A stretch of 64,000 nt of DNA from Lobosporangium transversale (lineage: Eukaryota): contig NW_019028979.1 in NCBI RefSeq assembly GCF_002105155.1, positions 1,364,001 to 1,428,000 of the forward strand, given 5' to 3'. The notes under the pieces are model-generated. The model did not search any database, was not told where the DNA came from, and worked only from the letters and a program-made list of their open reading frames with translations. Below are positions 62,171 through 64,000 of the stretch, in pieces (the first letter of the stretch is position 1; the number at the start of each line of letters is the position of its first letter). A program made the position numbers and the translations under genes.

Positions 62171-62563
62171 GATAACAAGGACCCACGAGGTCATGTAGGA
62201 TTTATTTTGATGTTAGCTCTATAAATGGGTTGCCCCATTACTGGGGTCGCAAATAAAGCGGTATCCAATAATCGGCCGAAGCCGCATCGTTATACTGCCA
62301 CAGTACTACATCCTGTTCATAAACCACGTCAGCATTGAGTAGACTTCCTTGGTCCCAGAGGACCTGTGGCACGGCTCTACTCCCTACTTGGCCTGTTGTG
62401 CGCGAAGGTCATCCTTTAGCCGCTGTCCTCAATCATCAAAAATTTACAGCTTTCCAGGCGCTCCATAATCGCCAATTCCACCTGCTGCCGGTAGCTTGCC
62501 ACCACTCGCCGGTCTGCCCCAGTCCTGATCGCCTTCACATCTGCTGTTCGTCGTTGTCCCTGG
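61734..62563 (-). mobile_element. Two tandem 393-bp poly(A)-tailed retroposed copies (61749-62141 and 62171-62563)
   Basis: Each copy is preceded on + by a poly(T) tract (61734-61748, 62142-62170); about 5 substitutions between copies; minus-strand AATAAA about 30 nt before each poly(A). Confidence 0.75.
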
Positions 62564-62866
62564 TGAGAGCCAAAGAATTCACCTCTGCTACGTCTGTGCC
62601 TCCCAACACAGTTGCGTCCCCTGGCGCGTTTGCTCACAGAGGTGATACCATTTTCTCTTTCCCAGTTGACGGTGACTTTGCAGCGTCTGTTTGTAACTTA
62701 AGGATCTGCCTTAAGTCATCTTCCGCTGGTACATCGTTGAACTTAACACTATAAAACTGGGAGGATTGGTTTACAAGCATATTGAGAAGCATTATTAGTC
62801 ACGTGATAATTAAGGGTAGTATGAATATTAATAATATATAGTAATAATTGCACGTCCTCTAACGAA

Positions 62867-62939
62867 GGAGGATTGGCGCAATTGGCAGCGCGTCCGTCTC
62901 CAAAGCGGAAGGTCGGGAGTTCAAGTCTCTCATTCTCCA
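62867..62939 (+). tRNA. tRNA-Trp (anticodon CCA), intronless
   Basis: Acceptor stem GGAGGAT/ATTCTCC, D arm GCGC-AATTGGCA-GCGC, anticodon arm TCCGT-CTCCAAA-GCGGA, T arm GGGAG-TTCAAGT-CTCTC; downstream T-run terminator near 62947. Confidence 0.93.
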
Positions 62940-63102
62940 TCGAGTCTTTTTTTACTTCATGAAATAGAAAGAAAATTTGTTTTGGGTCATTTAGGACGCT
63001 ACCAATTAATCATGTATTATCTCCTCAAAATTTTACTTGACCACTTTGCAAAACTCGAATGATGAAGGCGATATTCCTACATGGGGATCATCTCTTATTA
63101 AA

Positions 63103-63723
63103 GAATTAATCTATTTGGCAGCCTAGTTGCCAAATAACATTCATTATTTACTTGGCAGTAACTATTTTTTTTTTTTTTTTTTTTTTTCATTCCAAGGAAC
63201 CGTATTGTATTTAACGCTCATATTTTAAATTAATAAAGCTCTACGTCATAGTTATGTGTAGTGACATTGTCTTGTCTCATTTAGAAAACTAATGACTTTT
63301 TTTTTTTTTTTTTTTTTTCAAGTAGGTCGCTCATACAGCTTTGGAGGTGCTATTTGGAGATCAATGCCTATGAGAGGTTTTCGCTCGGAGCAAACGCGTC
63401 TCACCTGCTACCTAGACGTCTTCAATAAATCGTTCTCTAACCGTGTACATTGAAGGCTGTTTTGTGAAGATGTCATCGCCGCTGCCCTTAGTACCTCCGG
63501 CGGCATTAGCTGTGCAAGGCAATATATCCACAGAACGCTGCTTGTTTTACCACTGATGTTATGACCCTGTTATCAAAAAAAAAAAAAAAAAAAAAAAAAA
63601 AAGACTGTATTTGGCAGCCCAGCTGCCACCCAAGAGTGCGAAGTTAAGTGGCAGCCCCCAGAAGTAGGCTGCCAAATAGAGGCAAAAATTACTATTGGTA
63701 TGGGCTGCCAAATAGATTAATCC
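63103..63723. mobile_element. Non-autonomous TIR element (Mutator-like MITE) with 9-bp TSD CTTATTAAA
   Basis: Left end GAATTAATCTATTTGGCAGCC, right end GGCTGCCAAATAGATTAATCC; CTTATTAAA at 63094-63102 and 63724-63732; internal TTGGCAG/TGCCAAA repeats. Confidence 0.8.
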
Positions 63724-64000
63724 CTTATTAAAAACTTTGATGATACTAAGACTAAGAAATTGATTGCAATCAACATCCGATTAGGAGCGTGTCACCAAGT
63801 AATTTATGATCTCTTCTAGAATGTAGATATCTTCATCAACAAATATATGCCTGACAACCCCACAAACTTGGGGCTAAGTTACAAATATCTGAGTGCTCTG
63901 AATCTTAGACTAATGTACGCATCCCATTGCTGATAAAGTACTACTATATAAAACATTAAAGCATAATGAGAATATCGTACGAGCCTCATCATGAGTGAAG

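Overview
Gene-dense, intron-containing fungal DNA. The expanded intronless F-box/LRR family and poly(T)-rich introns suggest an early-diverging, Mortierellaceae-type fungus (inference). Conserved genes include CRT10-like, GRR1, COQ10, eIF3a, UGO1-like, PRCC-like, an amino-acid permease, a GMC oxidase/hydrolase fusion, a GCN4/cpc-1-type bZIP with two uORFs, an FAD monooxygenase and tRNA-Trp. They are interleaved with about 10 intact or decaying lineage-type F-box/LRR genes. The standout is a 12.5 kb tyrosine-recombinase (Crypton/NDC10-like + GCR1_C) island at about 42588-55077. It has two parts: (i) a 7.9 kb palindrome of two apparently identical 3956 bp element copies joined through an asymmetric 6-nt spacer ATACTG; (ii) directly abutting it, a different, intact 4-exon Crypton-like element bounded by CAGTATA direct repeats. 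The same ATACTG/CAGTAT hexamer occurs at the palindrome axis, the palindrome/element-2 junction and the far end of element 2. This fits a shared recombinase crossover core and possibly a hairpin (protelomerase-like) intermediate. An assembly fold-back artefact cannot be excluded without reads. The end of the window holds a TE cluster around tRNA-Trp: tandem poly(A) retro-copies and a MULE-like MITE with a 9-bp TSD.
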